Below are positions 39,791-51,615 of a DNA stretch of 64,000 nucleotides, piece by piece. How positions within the stretch are numbered: the stretch's first letter is position 1; the number at the start of each line of letters is the position of its first letter. The stretch covers positions 1-64,000 of the forward strand of contig CAVOJR010000002.1 of NCBI GenBank assembly GCA_963696295.1, read 5' to 3'. The notes below the pieces were generated by a model. The model ran no database searches. It worked only from the letters and a program-made list of their open reading frames with translations, and was not told the DNA's origin. Origin of the DNA: an uncultured Chlamydiae bacterium (GTDB lineage: Bacteria > Chlamydiota > Chlamydiia > Chlamydiales > JAJFMB01). Both the position numbers and the translations under genes were made by a program.

Positions 39791-39901
39791 TTCGAGGACA
39801 ATTCAGAAAATGGAGTTCGCTGGTTTGGCCATAGCGGCGGCGCTCCCGGCATAAACTCAACGCTAAGGAATACCCCCTTATTCGGGTACATAATTGCAGT
39901 C

Positions 39902-40441
39902 ATGAGAAATTTAGACGTTCCGGCTGCAAATAGTGTTGTTGAATATATTGCTGCAAGTTTGTTAAAAAAATGTAGCCTTGATAAGGAGTTTTGCATGCAA
40001 AGGGATTTTGAAATTGAAACCGTGCTCAAAAAACCTCTCATGGCTCATCTCTCGACCGTCGCGAATGGTGAACCAAGAGATTCTCCCGTTTGGTTTATTT
40101 GGGAGGATCCACATTTCTGGATTTTTGGAACGGACAAAGATAGTTTTATTCAACGGCTTAAACAAAATCCTAGCTGCGCAGTGGGCGTTGTCGACTTTGA
40201 TTTGAATCGAGGTATTCTCAAGCACGTGGGTATACGTGGAACTGCAAAAATGGAAGCTGTGGATAAAGATAGACTTATGCGTTTTGTATCCAAATACTTA
40301 GGTTATAACAATGAAGAATGGAACGAATGGTTCATGGCAAACATCGTTTATCCATTGAATGAAATGGTGCAGATTACTCCTAAGACTATTGTTGCAAAAA
40401 ATGTCTCTTTCTTTAAAACAGGCCCCAATTTAGCGGGTTAA
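39902..40441 (+). CDS. Pyridoxamine 5'-phosphate oxidase-like (split-barrel flavin-binding) protein; start probably near 39995
   Basis: AHLSTV..GEPRDSPVWFIWE...RLKQNPSCAV..HVGIRGTA. Confidence 0.8.
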   Translation: MRNLDVPAANSVVEYIAASLLKKCSLDKEFCMQRDFEIETVLKKPLMAHLSTVANGEPRDSPVWFIWEDPHFWIFGTDKDSFIQRLKQNPSCAVGVVDFDLNRGILKHVGIRGTAKMEAVDKDRLMRFVSKYLGYNNEEWNEWFMANIVYPLNEMVQITPKTIVAKNVSFFKTGPNLAG

Positions 40442-40524
40442 AAAATAATATGGAAAGAACTGCTCGTTCTGTATAGACATGTCTTCATGAGCTTCAAGCC
40501 ATGACGCCAAAATTCATTGAAGCT

Positions 40525-41433
40525 CTATTTTTTTACATACGCTTTAATCATATGATTTCGGATCAACACAGCAATCTCACCTTCCAGTTCCAGATTAAAA
40601 ATCATATGCCCCATGCCGGGAATCATAATCAATTGGGAGCCGGGAATAGCATTTGCTAATGCGGTGGCGTCACGCGGTAATGCAAGAGGGTCTTGCTCCC
40701 CATGAATGATCAAAACCGGAACTTGAATTTGCTCAATGAGATTGCGCCTGCCGGAAAGAGATTCATGGAGAGTGCGCATGACTAGTTCGTGATTGTTGCC
40801 GGCTTGAATAACATGATTTGTGCGAGTCAATAAATCGATGGTATATGCGCGAGCCATCTTTTCATCAAAAGGAATGGATGCGTTAAGATATTTCCATGTT
40901 TGAAGAAATCCGTTCACTCTTTCTTCGGGATCACTGGAATCCTTGCGAGAGAGAAAAATCTCCCAAGTTTTATCCAAAATCGCTTTTTCTGAAGATGTAA
41001 GAGGGCGATCAGTATCAGCTGTTCCACTAATCGGACCAGATGAAATGGCTGTAAATCCCATCACCCTCTTTGGATAATCGAGTGTGAGTTGCTGACAAAT
41101 ATGCCCGCCCATCGAATGTCCGACAAAATAGGCAGTGTCGATCCCATAGCCATCTAATAGGGAGATCGTATCAGCGGCCAAGTCTGCTAAATTATAAGGC
41201 GCTGTTTTCCAATCCACGGAGGAGGACAGCCCAATATCACGGTTATCGTAACGGATGACTAAACATGCCTCTTTAGCCAAGGCATGACAAAATGTATCTG
41301 TCCAAAATCTTCCGGGTGCCATGGCTCCGGCAATGAGCACACATGCCATTTTAGAGATCTGTCCGAATGATTCTGTATAGAGTCGAACGGAGTCAGCACT
41401 CTGAACAGTTTTTGATTTCATGCCAATCTCCAA
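40525..41433 (-). CDS. Alpha/beta hydrolase (RdmC/EstX-like esterase)
   Basis: VIRYDNRDIGLS, GHSMGG nucleophile elbow, IHGEQD, GMGH. Confidence 0.85.
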   Translation of the reverse strand: MEIGMKSKTVQSADSVRLYTESFGQISKMACVLIAGAMAPGRFWTDTFCHALAKEACLVIRYDNRDIGLSSSVDWKTAPYNLADLAADTISLLDGYGIDTAYFVGHSMGGHICQQLTLDYPKRVMGFTAISSGPISGTADTDRPLTSSEKAILDKTWEIFLSRKDSSDPEERVNGFLQTWKYLNASIPFDEKMARAYTIDLLTRTNHVIQAGNNHELVMRTLHESLSGRRNLIEQIQVPVLIIHGEQDPLALPRDATALANAIPGSQLIMIPGMGHMIFNLELEGEIAVLIRNHMIKAYVKK

Positions 41434-41437
41434 TCCT

Positions 41438-43009
41438 TTACTTTTCAGGAGTAGCCTGGTTGAGAATCCAATCTGTCACCAAATTCATAATTAAGGGGGA
41501 CACTGTTTCTGAACTTTGGATATATTCAGCAATAGACCCGGTTTCGCAGGACTGAAGCATGTGATTATGTTTTGGAAGTTCCTTTACTGTGTAATTAGGA
41601 TGATGGGCTTCATTTAACGTTTTAAAAAGCAGTGGCATGTTTTGTTTGGGAGAGACTTGTGAGTCAAGTTCAAAGTAAAGAGCATAGATCGGCATTTTAA
41701 TCTGTTTTAGATTAAATGTGGGTTCGTTACTTAAAAAATAGCGAAACCAAGGTGTATTAATTCGAGTAATGATGTTGTCCAGAGATGATTCATTGATCTC
41801 TATTCCTGTGATTGAAAAATTTGGCTTTACTTCCCCCCTGTCCGCGAGATAATTTCTTAAAACGTCATAAATTTGCTTTTCAACCTCTTGTTCATTTTTA
41901 ACCAATTCGTAGACTTGATTAAGAAGTGAGCTTTCCTTAGAAATAATTTCTTCAGAGACGCCATCGGCACGTCGATTAAGTGCGTGCTGTTCAAGCATAA
42001 TCTCTTTTCCATTAACTGTCGCTCCAGCCATAAGCACAAGAAAAGCAATATCCTTCGATTTTACTGCAACCATCGGTGCAAGCACCCCACCCTCGCTATG
42101 ACCGATCAGACCAATCTGTTGATGATTAATCTCAGGTCGAGTTTTTAAGTAATTCACTCCAGCAAGTACATCATCTGCAAAATCTCTGCCGTCTGCAGCT
42201 TCGTATGTTCCTGTTGATTGATTTACGCCGCGCTTATCGAATCTCAAGACGGCTATTCCATTTCTCGTCAAATGATCCGCCAATACCATAAAAGGTTTAT
42301 GGCCGCTTTGTGTAGCGTCGCGATCATAGGGAGCGCTGCCGGCTATAAGCACCACTGCTGGAAATTTTCCTTGTGATGAGGGTAGCGTCAACGTTCCTGA
42401 AAGGGTAATTCCTGTAGCATGATTTTCGAATTTTACTAGTTCTTCGATGTAAGGAAAAGGAGGTAATGGTTCTTGAGGTTTTCTAAATAGTTTCTTATCT
42501 AAGATTCCTTTCTTTAAACATAATGGGTAAGCTTCTTTATTATAGATCAGATTTCCGAAAATTTCGGTTTCATCTTTATTTAGATTACCCTCATAAACAG
42601 ATGCAAGTGTGGGTAATTCAAACTTTAAATAGGGACTTTGTAAAATTATGTTAACTACTTGAGTTTTAGGAATTGATCCATCAATACTTTCAAAAGTAGC
42701 TGTAATATTACCCTGAGGTTCTTGGTTGATCCGCAAAACCAAAGTAAGTTTCATACCACCGAAATCAAATTCTCCCGACCATTCTCCTTCGATATCAGTC
42801 TTAGTTTTATACTCTCTTTCATTGATAGGTTCATCTTTCATATCTGCTCCATAAGTTAAAGCTTCGAATAAACTTAATGACATTATAATTAAAAGAAAAA
42901 TATTTATTGATTTCATATGGTTACCAAATGTTTTATAATGCAAATTTATCAGAAAACAACAATAATTTCTAGAAAAAATGGGAAATGGAAACGCACTCTT
43001 ATGCTTCAT
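41438..43009 (-). CDS. Secreted alpha/beta hydrolase (S9/S15-like)
   Basis: LSGTLTLP, IAGSAPYDRD, LRFDKRGV, GHSEGG, DSQV, NHMLQ. Confidence 0.85.
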   Translation of the reverse strand: MKHKSAFPFPIFSRNYCCFLINLHYKTFGNHMKSINIFLLIIMSLSLFEALTYGADMKDEPINEREYKTKTDIEGEWSGEFDFGGMKLTLVLRINQEPQGNITATFESIDGSIPKTQVVNIILQSPYLKFELPTLASVYEGNLNKDETEIFGNLIYNKEAYPLCLKKGILDKKLFRKPQEPLPPFPYIEELVKFENHATGITLSGTLTLPSSQGKFPAVVLIAGSAPYDRDATQSGHKPFMVLADHLTRNGIAVLRFDKRGVNQSTGTYEAADGRDFADDVLAGVNYLKTRPEINHQQIGLIGHSEGGVLAPMVAVKSKDIAFLVLMAGATVNGKEIMLEQHALNRRADGVSEEIISKESSLLNQVYELVKNEQEVEKQIYDVLRNYLADRGEVKPNFSITGIEINESSLDNIITRINTPWFRYFLSNEPTFNLKQIKMPIYALYFELDSQVSPKQNMPLLFKTLNEAHHPNYTVKELPKHNHMLQSCETGSIAEYIQSSETVSPLIMNLVTDWILNQATPEK

Positions 43010-43059
43010 GAGACTTTTAATTAGAAATACGATTCTGCAATATCACTATGCCTTTAAAA

Positions 43060-43818
43060 TCATTGCAACATCTGCAGGAATTTCTTTGCTTCTTTATCCG
43101 AAACCCACTTGTTTGAGTCTAGTAGAGTTTGAAGCTGGAGTTGAGCTACTTTTTCATCTAGTTGTGGGGACGGCTTCACAATGAGATATCTCTGCAATGG
43201 AATTCCCCTGCGATTCATTTCCTGGAGCATCGCATCAAGGTGCTTTTTGTCGTCATCAATAAAAACGATTTGTTCCGGTTTCCAACTGATCCGATCGAGA
43301 AAAACATCGAATAATTGCCCTTTGGTGCTTTGCTGGGGGGCTTGAAAATCTCCCGTAAAAAGAATGCCATTCTTGAAAAGCGGAGGACGAGACCTATCAT
43401 CAACTAAATCAGAGAAAATAAACTCCTCATCAAAGAAAGGACTAAAGTCAATTCCCACAGCCTTAAGTTGATCAATTCTCCATTTTTCCATCGATTGAAT
43501 CACCCCAACAGATCCGGTACTGCATGCGGTGAGCCCCATGGCGAATACCCCTTTTTGGGGCAGCCTTTGAATCACACTTGGAGCTTCATTATCAACCAGA
43601 ATATAGTTTGTGCTTGACAGCATGATGCTTAAATAATTTGTAAATTGTTCTGACTCATCCGGTTTTATCATCTCCCAGCCCTTAAAATTTCCTCCAATGG
43701 GTTTCAGGAGAATATCAGCAGGAGTTATCAAAGTCTCATCTATGTCAAAAATGACCAATGTTTTAGGTGGAAGGATTTCCCAGTTTATTTCTAGAAAAGA
43801 GCTAATTGTTTGGATCAT
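43060..43818 (-). CDS. DUF2608-like HAD-superfamily protein
   Basis: VIFDIDETL, LTA, KG and VFIDD HAD motifs; NGILFT. Confidence 0.75.
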   Translation of the reverse strand: MIQTISSFLEINWEILPPKTLVIFDIDETLITPADILLKPIGGNFKGWEMIKPDESEQFTNYLSIMLSSTNYILVDNEAPSVIQRLPQKGVFAMGLTACSTGSVGVIQSMEKWRIDQLKAVGIDFSPFFDEEFIFSDLVDDRSRPPLFKNGILFTGDFQAPQQSTKGQLFDVFLDRISWKPEQIVFIDDDKKHLDAMLQEMNRRGIPLQRYLIVKPSPQLDEKVAQLQLQTLLDSNKWVSDKEAKKFLQMLQ

Positions 43819-44453
43819 TCGGCAGCCTCTAACCGGTCAACATCCAGGTTACAAATAAGGGAAAGATGGCGATTGATTTTTTCTATATCCCAATCCCACC
43901 ACGCTATTTTCTGAAGGCGTTCAATCGTTTTGTCATCGAACCGATATTTTAAAACTTTGGCCGGATTCCCTCCGACAATAGCGTAAGGAGGAACATCTTT
44001 GACCACCACGGAGCGCATTGCGATAATGGCGCCATTGCCGATTTTAACACCTCCTCGTATGAGCGAGTCGTATCCAAACCAGACATCATTGCCCACGATA
44101 ATATCGCCCTTGACAGGTAGATCAAAGATATTGTAAGCGCTTTCCCAGCCCTGTTGAAAAATAGGAAACGGGTAAGTACTGATAGCGTCAAGCTTGTGGT
44201 CACCGGTCATAATAAAACGGGTCTCGGCTGCGATAGCGCAGAACTTTCCAATTACGAGCTTCACTTTGGCAAAATCATAGTTGTACATGACGTTGTACTC
44301 TTCAAATTTCTCCGGCCCGTTTCGCTGATCATCAAAATAGGTGTAGTCACCGATGATAATATTACTTGCCTTGACGAAGTTTTTTAAGAAAACCAGCTTG
44401 TTATACTCTTTCAGTGGGTAAATGGAATTTGGATCTGGTCCGGTAATTTTCAT
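43815..44453 (-). CDS. Vat/CatB-family xenobiotic acetyltransferase (streptogramin A acetyltransferase-like)
   Basis: GPDPNSIYP, NIIIGDYTYFDD, KLVIGKFCAIA, STYPF, KGDIIVGNDVW, KDVPPYAIVGGNPA, WWDW. Confidence 0.88.
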   Translation of the reverse strand: MKITGPDPNSIYPLKEYNKLVFLKNFVKASNIIIGDYTYFDDQRNGPEKFEEYNVMYNYDFAKVKLVIGKFCAIAAETRFIMTGDHKLDAISTYPFPIFQQGWESAYNIFDLPVKGDIIVGNDVWFGYDSLIRGGVKIGNGAIIAMRSVVVKDVPPYAIVGGNPAKVLKYRFDDKTIERLQKIAWWDWDIEKINRHLSLICNLDVDRLEAAE

Positions 44454-44853
44454 ACTAACTGCCTATGTTCAAATGCATCATTATGCCTTAATCCTGTATA
44501 TATTCAAATAACTTAATTAGAGTCGCTCTTGATTAAGATAAGTGCTGTGAATAATTTTATAGCCCAGTTGATGATACTGGTTTCTGAAGTATTTCGCCCA
44601 GTCATCATATTTTTATTCGCCAGATATTGTATTTTCAACGTATGCATATTCGATAAATTTTGGGCTGCTCTGGCCATCAAGACTAACATAGGTATCTGAT
44701 AGAAGTTTTTCTTTTTTTACTGTCAACATAGAGTGTACCCATGCTGAACAACGAAATACCCCCAAAAACATGTCTAAATAGGGTTACGTTTTTAATTGTT
44801 TGACACATTTCTAAAAATGTCTTAGACTCAAATTTGACACTTTGAGGTGACTT

Positions 44854-45411
44854 ATGACAGGACAACGCATCGGATACGCACGAGTCAGCACATTAGATCA
44901 AAATCTAGACAGACAATTGGAAAATGTTCCGCTCATAAAAATATTCGTAGATAAGGCTTCAGGAAAGGATACAAAGCGTCCCCAGTTTGAAGCTATGATG
45001 GTTTATGTACGAGAAGGGGACACTGTTATTGTTCATAGCATGGATCGTTTAGCTCGTAATCTCGATGACCTGCGTAATATTGTGCAAACGCTGACCGGGA
45101 GTGGTATATGCGTTGAATTTGTAAAAGAAGGACTTAAATTTTCAGGGGATGATTCTCCAATGTCCATTCTCATGCTCTCCGTAATGGGGGCATTTGCAGA
45201 ATTTGAACGGGCATTAATTCGGGAGCGACAGCGAGAGGGCATTGCTTTGGCTAAGCAACGAGGTGTCTATAGTGGTCGCAAGAATTCATTATCGGACGAA
45301 GAGGTTAATGAATTGCGGCTGTGTATTAAAAAAGGGGAAAAAAAAGCAAAAATCGCCAAAGATTTTGGCATCAGCCGTGGAACACTTTATAACTATCTTC
45401 GAGTACACTAA
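44854..45411 (+). CDS. tnpR: Tn21/Tn501-type serine resolvase
   Basis: MTGQRIGYARVST, HSMDRLARNLDDLR, MGAFAEFERALIRERQREGIALAKQRG, C-terminal HTH. Confidence 0.92.
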   Translation: MTGQRIGYARVSTLDQNLDRQLENVPLIKIFVDKASGKDTKRPQFEAMMVYVREGDTVIVHSMDRLARNLDDLRNIVQTLTGSGICVEFVKEGLKFSGDDSPMSILMLSVMGAFAEFERALIRERQREGIALAKQRGVYSGRKNSLSDEEVNELRLCIKKGEKKAKIAKDFGISRGTLYNYLRVH

Positions 45412-45449
45412 CATGCAAGCCAAAACAAATAAGAAATTCTAATTTAAGA

Positions 45450-45474
45450 TGGACCTAAGAAAGGGGCAAGGTCA
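45450..45474 (-). mobile_element. Isolated IS3-family-like terminal repeat
   Basis: Reverse complement TGACCTTGCCCCTTTCTTAGGTCCA shares its first 12 nt with the IR at 28020. Confidence 0.5.
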
Positions 45475-45783
45475 CTGCCTTGAGGTCTAAGGTGTATGAT
45501 CTCAAACACAACATAATTATGATTTAAACAGAAAATATCACTTTGAAAAGCTTCTATAGTATGATAAGGAAAATTATTAATTTATATAGCAAATAGGGTT
45601 TACGTTATTTTTTCAGCCCATTATGAAGATTACTAATAATAATGTCCATAGGAAGAAACTGTTTAATAGAAAAATAATTTCTTGGTTTATCTTGGAAAAA
45701 CCTCTCTGAAATCTGATAACATTACATTGTTAATAATAAAAGACATGTGATATAAGTCTTAGATTTCAAGTTTAGGATTTGCC

Positions 45784-47274
45784 ATGTTAAAAAATAAATA
45801 TACAAAGAATTTGGATGATTGGAATGAGTATGATTGTAATATAAAGGAAATAAACAGATTTTTGCATGAAATATATTATGATGGATTTACTACAAACTGT
45901 CTTGAAAATGGAAAAAAAATATGGGGATACCCTTTCAGCACATTTCTGAAGAGAGAGGAGCCTGTAGGGTCAAAGCTTTTTTTATTACCAAAAGAGTATG
46001 AACTAATTACTTTGGATGAATTATTATTACCTCCTTTAAGTCCTCCCGATTTTCCAATCCCTATTGACGAACCTAGACTAAGACCAAATGAATGTGAGTA
46101 CCCTGTTTTGTCTAAAGATTCTTTTAAAAAAATTATAGAGAAGCGATCAATATTAATCAATCAGATGAACGAAACAAAAAAATTACTCGAGAAGAAAAAA
46201 AATGAGTTTATAGAGCTTCATTTACAGTTACAGACAACTTTAAATAAGCTCAAAGGCCAATTGAAAGTGTCGAATCCAAAAGAAAATGCTTGTCTTATTG
46301 AAATTGCGCATAGTAAACATGTAATTCAAAAATTTCTTAGAAATAAATTTGAAGTGTATATCGATATTAATAATCGCATAGCCTTAGTTCAATTCAAGTT
46401 TCCAGATTATACTGAAGAAGATTTAGTTATTGGATATACAGGTAAATCTAAGTCCAAAAAACTTGCATCTGAATCGATAAAGAAAAAATTAGTTAAGCAA
46501 TGTCTTTATTCATTAATCATTCGTGCTGCATATTTGGCAGCACATTATAGACAACACAATTTTTATGAAACGGTTGTGGTGAATGTTGAACAGGATTGGT
46601 TCGATCCTGCAACTGGACAATCTCGAAATGGTTTGATAGCATCTCTACAGGCACCTGTCGAATATCTTGGATCTCTTAACCTTGCAAAACTTGATCCTGA
46701 ATCATGCTTCAAGTATCTCAAAGGCATAATTACCCCCTCATTGCAAAACATAAATCCGATAAGGCCGATTTTTGTTCTTAATAAGAATGACAGCAGGATT
46801 GTGACTAATAAAGATATTGACAGTGGATTAGAGCCTAATTCAAATCTTGCTTCATTACCTTGGGAAGATTTTGAGCATCTAGTCGCGCAGTTATTTGAAT
46901 GGGAATTTGCAAGAAATGGTATTGAAGTAAAAGTTACTAGAGTTTCAAGAGATCGAGGAGTTGATGCAATCCTCTATGATCCAGAACCTATCAAAGGAGG
47001 GAAATATGTTCTTCAGGCAAAGCGTTATACAAGAACAGTTGATGTTTCAGCGGTTCGTGATTTATATGGAACAGTACTAAATGAAGGGGCAAACAGAGGA
47101 ATTTTGATTACCACGAGTAGTTATGGACCTGATGCATATGAATTCGCAAAGGATAAACCTATTTCACTAGTAGATGGTCAAAACTTATTACTAATGTTTC
47201 AGAAGCATGGTAAAAAATATCATATCAATTTAGAAGAAGCTCGAGTTATTAATAAGGAATTTAAAGACGTTTAG
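45784..47274 (+). CDS. Mrr-family (type IV) restriction endonuclease domain protein
   Basis: WEDFEHLVAQLF, SRDRGVD, LQAKRY, VRDLYG, GILITTSSY, LVDGQNL; coiled-coil N-terminal region. Confidence 0.88.
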   Translation: MLKNKYTKNLDDWNEYDCNIKEINRFLHEIYYDGFTTNCLENGKKIWGYPFSTFLKREEPVGSKLFLLPKEYELITLDELLLPPLSPPDFPIPIDEPRLRPNECEYPVLSKDSFKKIIEKRSILINQMNETKKLLEKKKNEFIELHLQLQTTLNKLKGQLKVSNPKENACLIEIAHSKHVIQKFLRNKFEVYIDINNRIALVQFKFPDYTEEDLVIGYTGKSKSKKLASESIKKKLVKQCLYSLIIRAAYLAAHYRQHNFYETVVVNVEQDWFDPATGQSRNGLIASLQAPVEYLGSLNLAKLDPESCFKYLKGIITPSLQNINPIRPIFVLNKNDSRIVTNKDIDSGLEPNSNLASLPWEDFEHLVAQLFEWEFARNGIEVKVTRVSRDRGVDAILYDPEPIKGGKYVLQAKRYTRTVDVSAVRDLYGTVLNEGANRGILITTSSYGPDAYEFAKDKPISLVDGQNLLLMFQKHGKKYHINLEEARVINKEFKDV

Positions 47275-47576
47275 GTCTCAACTACCCCATCGTAGCCAGT
47301 CAGCCAAAGACAGATAAAGATGGTTATAATTCCCCTGAAAAATAGTCGCATTGGCAGAATCAAGAAAACTCAGGTTAAAAATCTTAATTTAATAATGTTT
47401 AACTCTCTTAATTTCTCTTTTGTCAAAAAAAACTTTTCGTCGAACTCTTTCATATCGCTCGCTTTAAATTAAATAGGTTTTTATTAATTAAGCGCTAATG
47501 CAACAAATATATGTTTAGCAAAAAATACCAGAAACATATAAAATATCCCTCAGTTTTAAGCAAAAAAGGTAATTCG

Positions 47577-49712
47577 ATGAAATAATTTATTGAGGAATGG
47601 GCTCAAAAAAATAAAAATCTATTGCACAAGTTATTTTATATAGTGGTTGCGATAAATCTAACAGGTGCCCCATTTGTGAGGACCTGGTTAGCCGTGATGG
47701 AGGCTAGATTAGGCCAGCTGTTTCTGGCATAATCGGCATTGGAATGTCTTGTTGTGCTGATGCTGTAGAAATAGCAAATACCCCACTTGTATTAGATTTA
47801 CCATTGCCAGAATCTTTCTTTTCATTTGGTATTGCTCCGTCGCTTGGCTTCTTACCATGTTTGCATATGGAATTTGGTCTTGTTTAAGAGATTTCCTTAA
47901 AAGACATGATGAAAATGAAGAAAATTTCATTGAATAGAATGTGAGAAACAAAGATTAGAAGAACAGAGGTAAGAACAATAGGATCCATTCTTTAGACAAC
48001 CACTGGAGAGATGCAATGTGAGCCTGAATTTGTTTCTCAGAGACAATGAAATAACTTAGTTTGCTAAAAAGTAACTGATGAAATTATTTGGTGTTAAAAT
48101 TGGCCAGTAAGGGGCCTAAGATGGATGCCACAGCTCAAAAGGATGCAGGTAAATTGACACAAATTAAGTGGTTAGAGAAAAACTCTCAATCACAAAATTA
48201 GAAATTGGTCTGAAATTTGCTAAAAAATACAACATAATATTATCAAACATTACAGTTAACTTGGCCAGAACTTTTTAAGGAGATGAAAATATGAGAGATA
48301 TATTTAAAGATTTTTTAAAATCACCGACTCCAAGTCGCTTTGCAGAAATGTCAGCCATGTGGCCTTATTTAAGCGATGAATCAAAACTCTTATTTTTTTT
48401 GGAGAAAATCAAATAAAAAAGACCTTAGAATTCTAACTCATCTTATGAATAGTTTATGCCTATTATCTTTAGAGAGTGCCAATCCCTATATCCGTTACCT
48501 AGCTTCAAAAAATTATGTTTTTAACTTTGATTGGTCGAAGCATTTAGACGAAAAAGCAAGGAAGATGATAGAGAATGACTCACATCATTTGATGAAAAAT
48601 TTGCACCTAGAAAAAAATTATTCCTCTTTGGACTAAAACAGCAAGATTTTGAAAGTTTTTTACAATAGCTTGATCATCAAGCAAAGTTAGCATTTGTTAA
48701 AGCAGGAGAAATTTCTGTGGAATAAATTTTCAGAATTAATCTCATATTCTTGTATTAATACGGACTTCAATCACATAAGATATCTGAAAAAATCCCAAAA
48801 TATATGCAATTGTTTACAATTATTTATTCTTGGCTTATTAATTTGATCTAAATTGCACGAGCTAGCGAAAGTTGTGGATATGGAGCATATTGCCAAGCTC
48901 GACATATTCGAACAGATGTGGAAGTTGGTTCAAGTTGTTCCTGAAAATTGTGGCTTCTCTTTTGATTGTAAAATTACCTTCTCAAGATGGACATTTTCAC
49001 ATTAACAAGTATTCCCAAAGAGGTTCTTCAAGGCAATGTCCACATCAACTTGAAAAATTATTGTATCGATCTGATGTTTATCTTGAAATATTTCCAACGC
49101 ATTTGTTTTTAAACATTTGAAACCAATCAAATGATTTATCAGATAATTTGCTTTCAGCTGTGATGTCTCATAATTTTGAATTTAATTTAACATGATGAGT
49201 TTCTTCAAATTCTTGAATTTCCAAAAAATAAATCTCTCAAGATTTTATCTCTTTTATTGCTATCTGAAATGTCATAACCCTGTTATAACCTTTGCATCCT
49301 GGGATTATTTATTAGCCCAAAATTGGGAATACTATTGGTACCTAAAGACTTCGAAAAAAGAAAGGGGGAAATCCGCAGGATATTGAAAAGGGCCTTATTG
49401 AGAATTATCATGTAAGAAATCTACGACTTTAGATATGTCAGCAAAAATAATTATGCCTTGGGAAAAAGAAAATGCAGAAGCGTTAGATGGGCTAGCACAA
49501 CAAATTGGATTGAAGATGATAATTTACGGTTTTTACTACCTAGTATCAGCTATGGAAAAACCTGGGAAACTTACTGCTTTAAGGTATCAATAATGCATGG
49601 TATAGGGAATATAGAGAAGATGAGTCTAAAGATAAATCTTCTCCCAGAGATTCGGTATTACACTCCGCCCAGAAGTAGGCATATATACAATATGAGTCAT
49701 ATTATAAGATAG
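47577..49712 (+). pseudogene. Heavily degraded unknown gene(s)
   Basis: About 2 kb with only short, broken + strand frames; boundaries approximate. Confidence 0.3.
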
Positions 49713-49730
49713 TAACCGGCGCCCTTCAGT

Positions 49731-49758
49731 GCACAACACAATTTATATTATCAGAGGC
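49731..49758 (-). other. dif-like (XerC/XerD) site
   Basis: Minus strand GCCTCTGATAA-TATAAA-TTGTGTTGTGC. Confidence 0.55.
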
Positions 49759-50184
49759 TAAATAAGCTCCTCGCAATATGCGTCTTCAGTGGAACTGGCT
49801 TTTGTGGATTCCATGCAATCCATGTGAATATATGAGTATGTAAGATGCAAAAAGAACCAAGGGACATACAAACAAAGGCAGGAAAAAGAGGGAAAAAGGG
49901 AATTTGGAAAAAAAAAAAGTTACTTTATCAAATTTATTGACCTGGATCAATAATAAATGTGTTGAATTTTAATTAAATATTACCATAAAATCTTATCCTT
50001 TAAATGGAGTTTGTAATGAATCGCGGTGGTTTTTCTTGGAAACGATTTTTTGGCATTTCTGCTTTTAAAGCGAAAATTTCAAGAACAGATTGGTATTCCC
50101 CTTACCAGATCTGCAAAGACAAAGAAAGATAAGGGCTCTTGTAGAAAGGCTTTTTCTTTTCTTCTTATCACGATGATGCTCGCC

Positions 50185-51615
50185 TTAGTCGTGCATTGTT
50201 TTCAGATTAGACTCTTTTGATCTTCGTGAACGTTCGGCTAGGGGAGATGGTTCTTGAACATGCTTCGAAGTGTTTGGCGCCAGCGGGTACCTCTTTTTGC
50301 AGGCACCAGAATATGTCCCGGACTTTTCTAGTAAAGACTGGAGGCGAGTAAATTCTGACTACTAAATAGTTTCTCTATCGCGATCCTGTGATGTTTTCTA
50401 CACTAGTGGGTTTATCGGTCAAAGGAGTAATGCTGGACTTACACTCTTTCAGCATCCTCAACCGCACCAAGCTCAACCCCGTATCCTTTTTCGTTAGGTT
50501 TTCTAACAACTATGCGCCCATTTTCAGCCCATGCGGTAGCTTAATTTCCCGAGCTTCATATCCAAGTTCAGATAGCCCTTTAAGCATAGCGGTTCTTCGG
50601 GCACTCCCCTGCCATAGCTTTTCCGTTTCTTCTTCTGCTACCCAAAGGCACATACCTTCATCGTAGAGCAGTTTACTTGAAGAAGTATCTTCAAGCAACC
50701 AATTGCTTTAGTGAGTAATGGTTTCTCCAAGGTCTTCAGCCTGTTTAGATTTTAGTCTATGCAGGTCGCTGCTAATTTCTCGCATGGATGTGATTGCTTT
50801 ATCTTTCGCTTTTCTTTCATTAGAGTGGGCCACTGGATCTATAATGAGAGAGTCGGTGAGGAGAGATCTACGACTAGCTGAAACGCAATTTTTTAAGAGA
50901 TAGAAGTAATGCGATCTAAGAAGGGTTTGACAAACGATTTATCCTCTGTTACTTCCAATTCAGCTACGAAGCTTATCCAGCTCAATGATCCTTCTCTAAT
51001 GATTTGGCATCATCATGTTGGACTTTCCAATCCGCTAGAGTTTTGAGCATCTCCCCTTCCGCCAACTTTTTTGAGAGCTCTTTTTGCAGCAGAGAGGTCA
51101 TGCTTTTTTGATCGGTTGAGCTCATAGTATATTCGGCTGAGATTCGGCTCAAAGTGGCGTTCATTGCAGCTCATAATTCTGCGTCATTCGCTGTGAGTGA
51201 TGATGAAGCAATGTCTAAGAGCTTTTCTGGGATTTGTCGTTGTATGGATTTAACTGTCGAGATAAGGGTCTCTGCTGGGTAATAACATCTAGTTGGTCTT
51301 CTCATGTTACGTTCATGTCTAAGCTTTCAGCAATAGCCTCGTCTCGTATTTGATTCATATCGGCTTGTAGGGACGGAGACTCCGACACCCCATTGTTTTT
51401 GCACGTCAAGAAACTGAAACTCTCGAACATTTTAATGATAGCAGAAAGCCTTTTCTCTATGGCCTTTTCTTCTTCCGCAGTTAAGGCATTGTATCTAGCT
51501 CGGAGCACCCACTCATCATTGTTTGATCGCATCTTGAAGGGTATCGATTCTGCCTCTGCAAATGGACATCACTTCTTGTTTGGTAGACTACGCGTACTAC
51601 CTTAGGGCCGCTCAT
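50185..51615 (-). pseudogene. Degraded coiled-coil protein, fourth gene of the ATPase/radical-SAM operon
   Basis: GGAGG RBS and ATG at 51615 (MSGPKVVRVV), helical fragments, RRTAMLKGLSELGYE; many frameshifts; end approximate. Confidence 0.55.

Noticed and set aside
47709..50220. Short ORFs as real small proteins
   Set aside because: No RBS or motif support; they look like fragments of decayed genes
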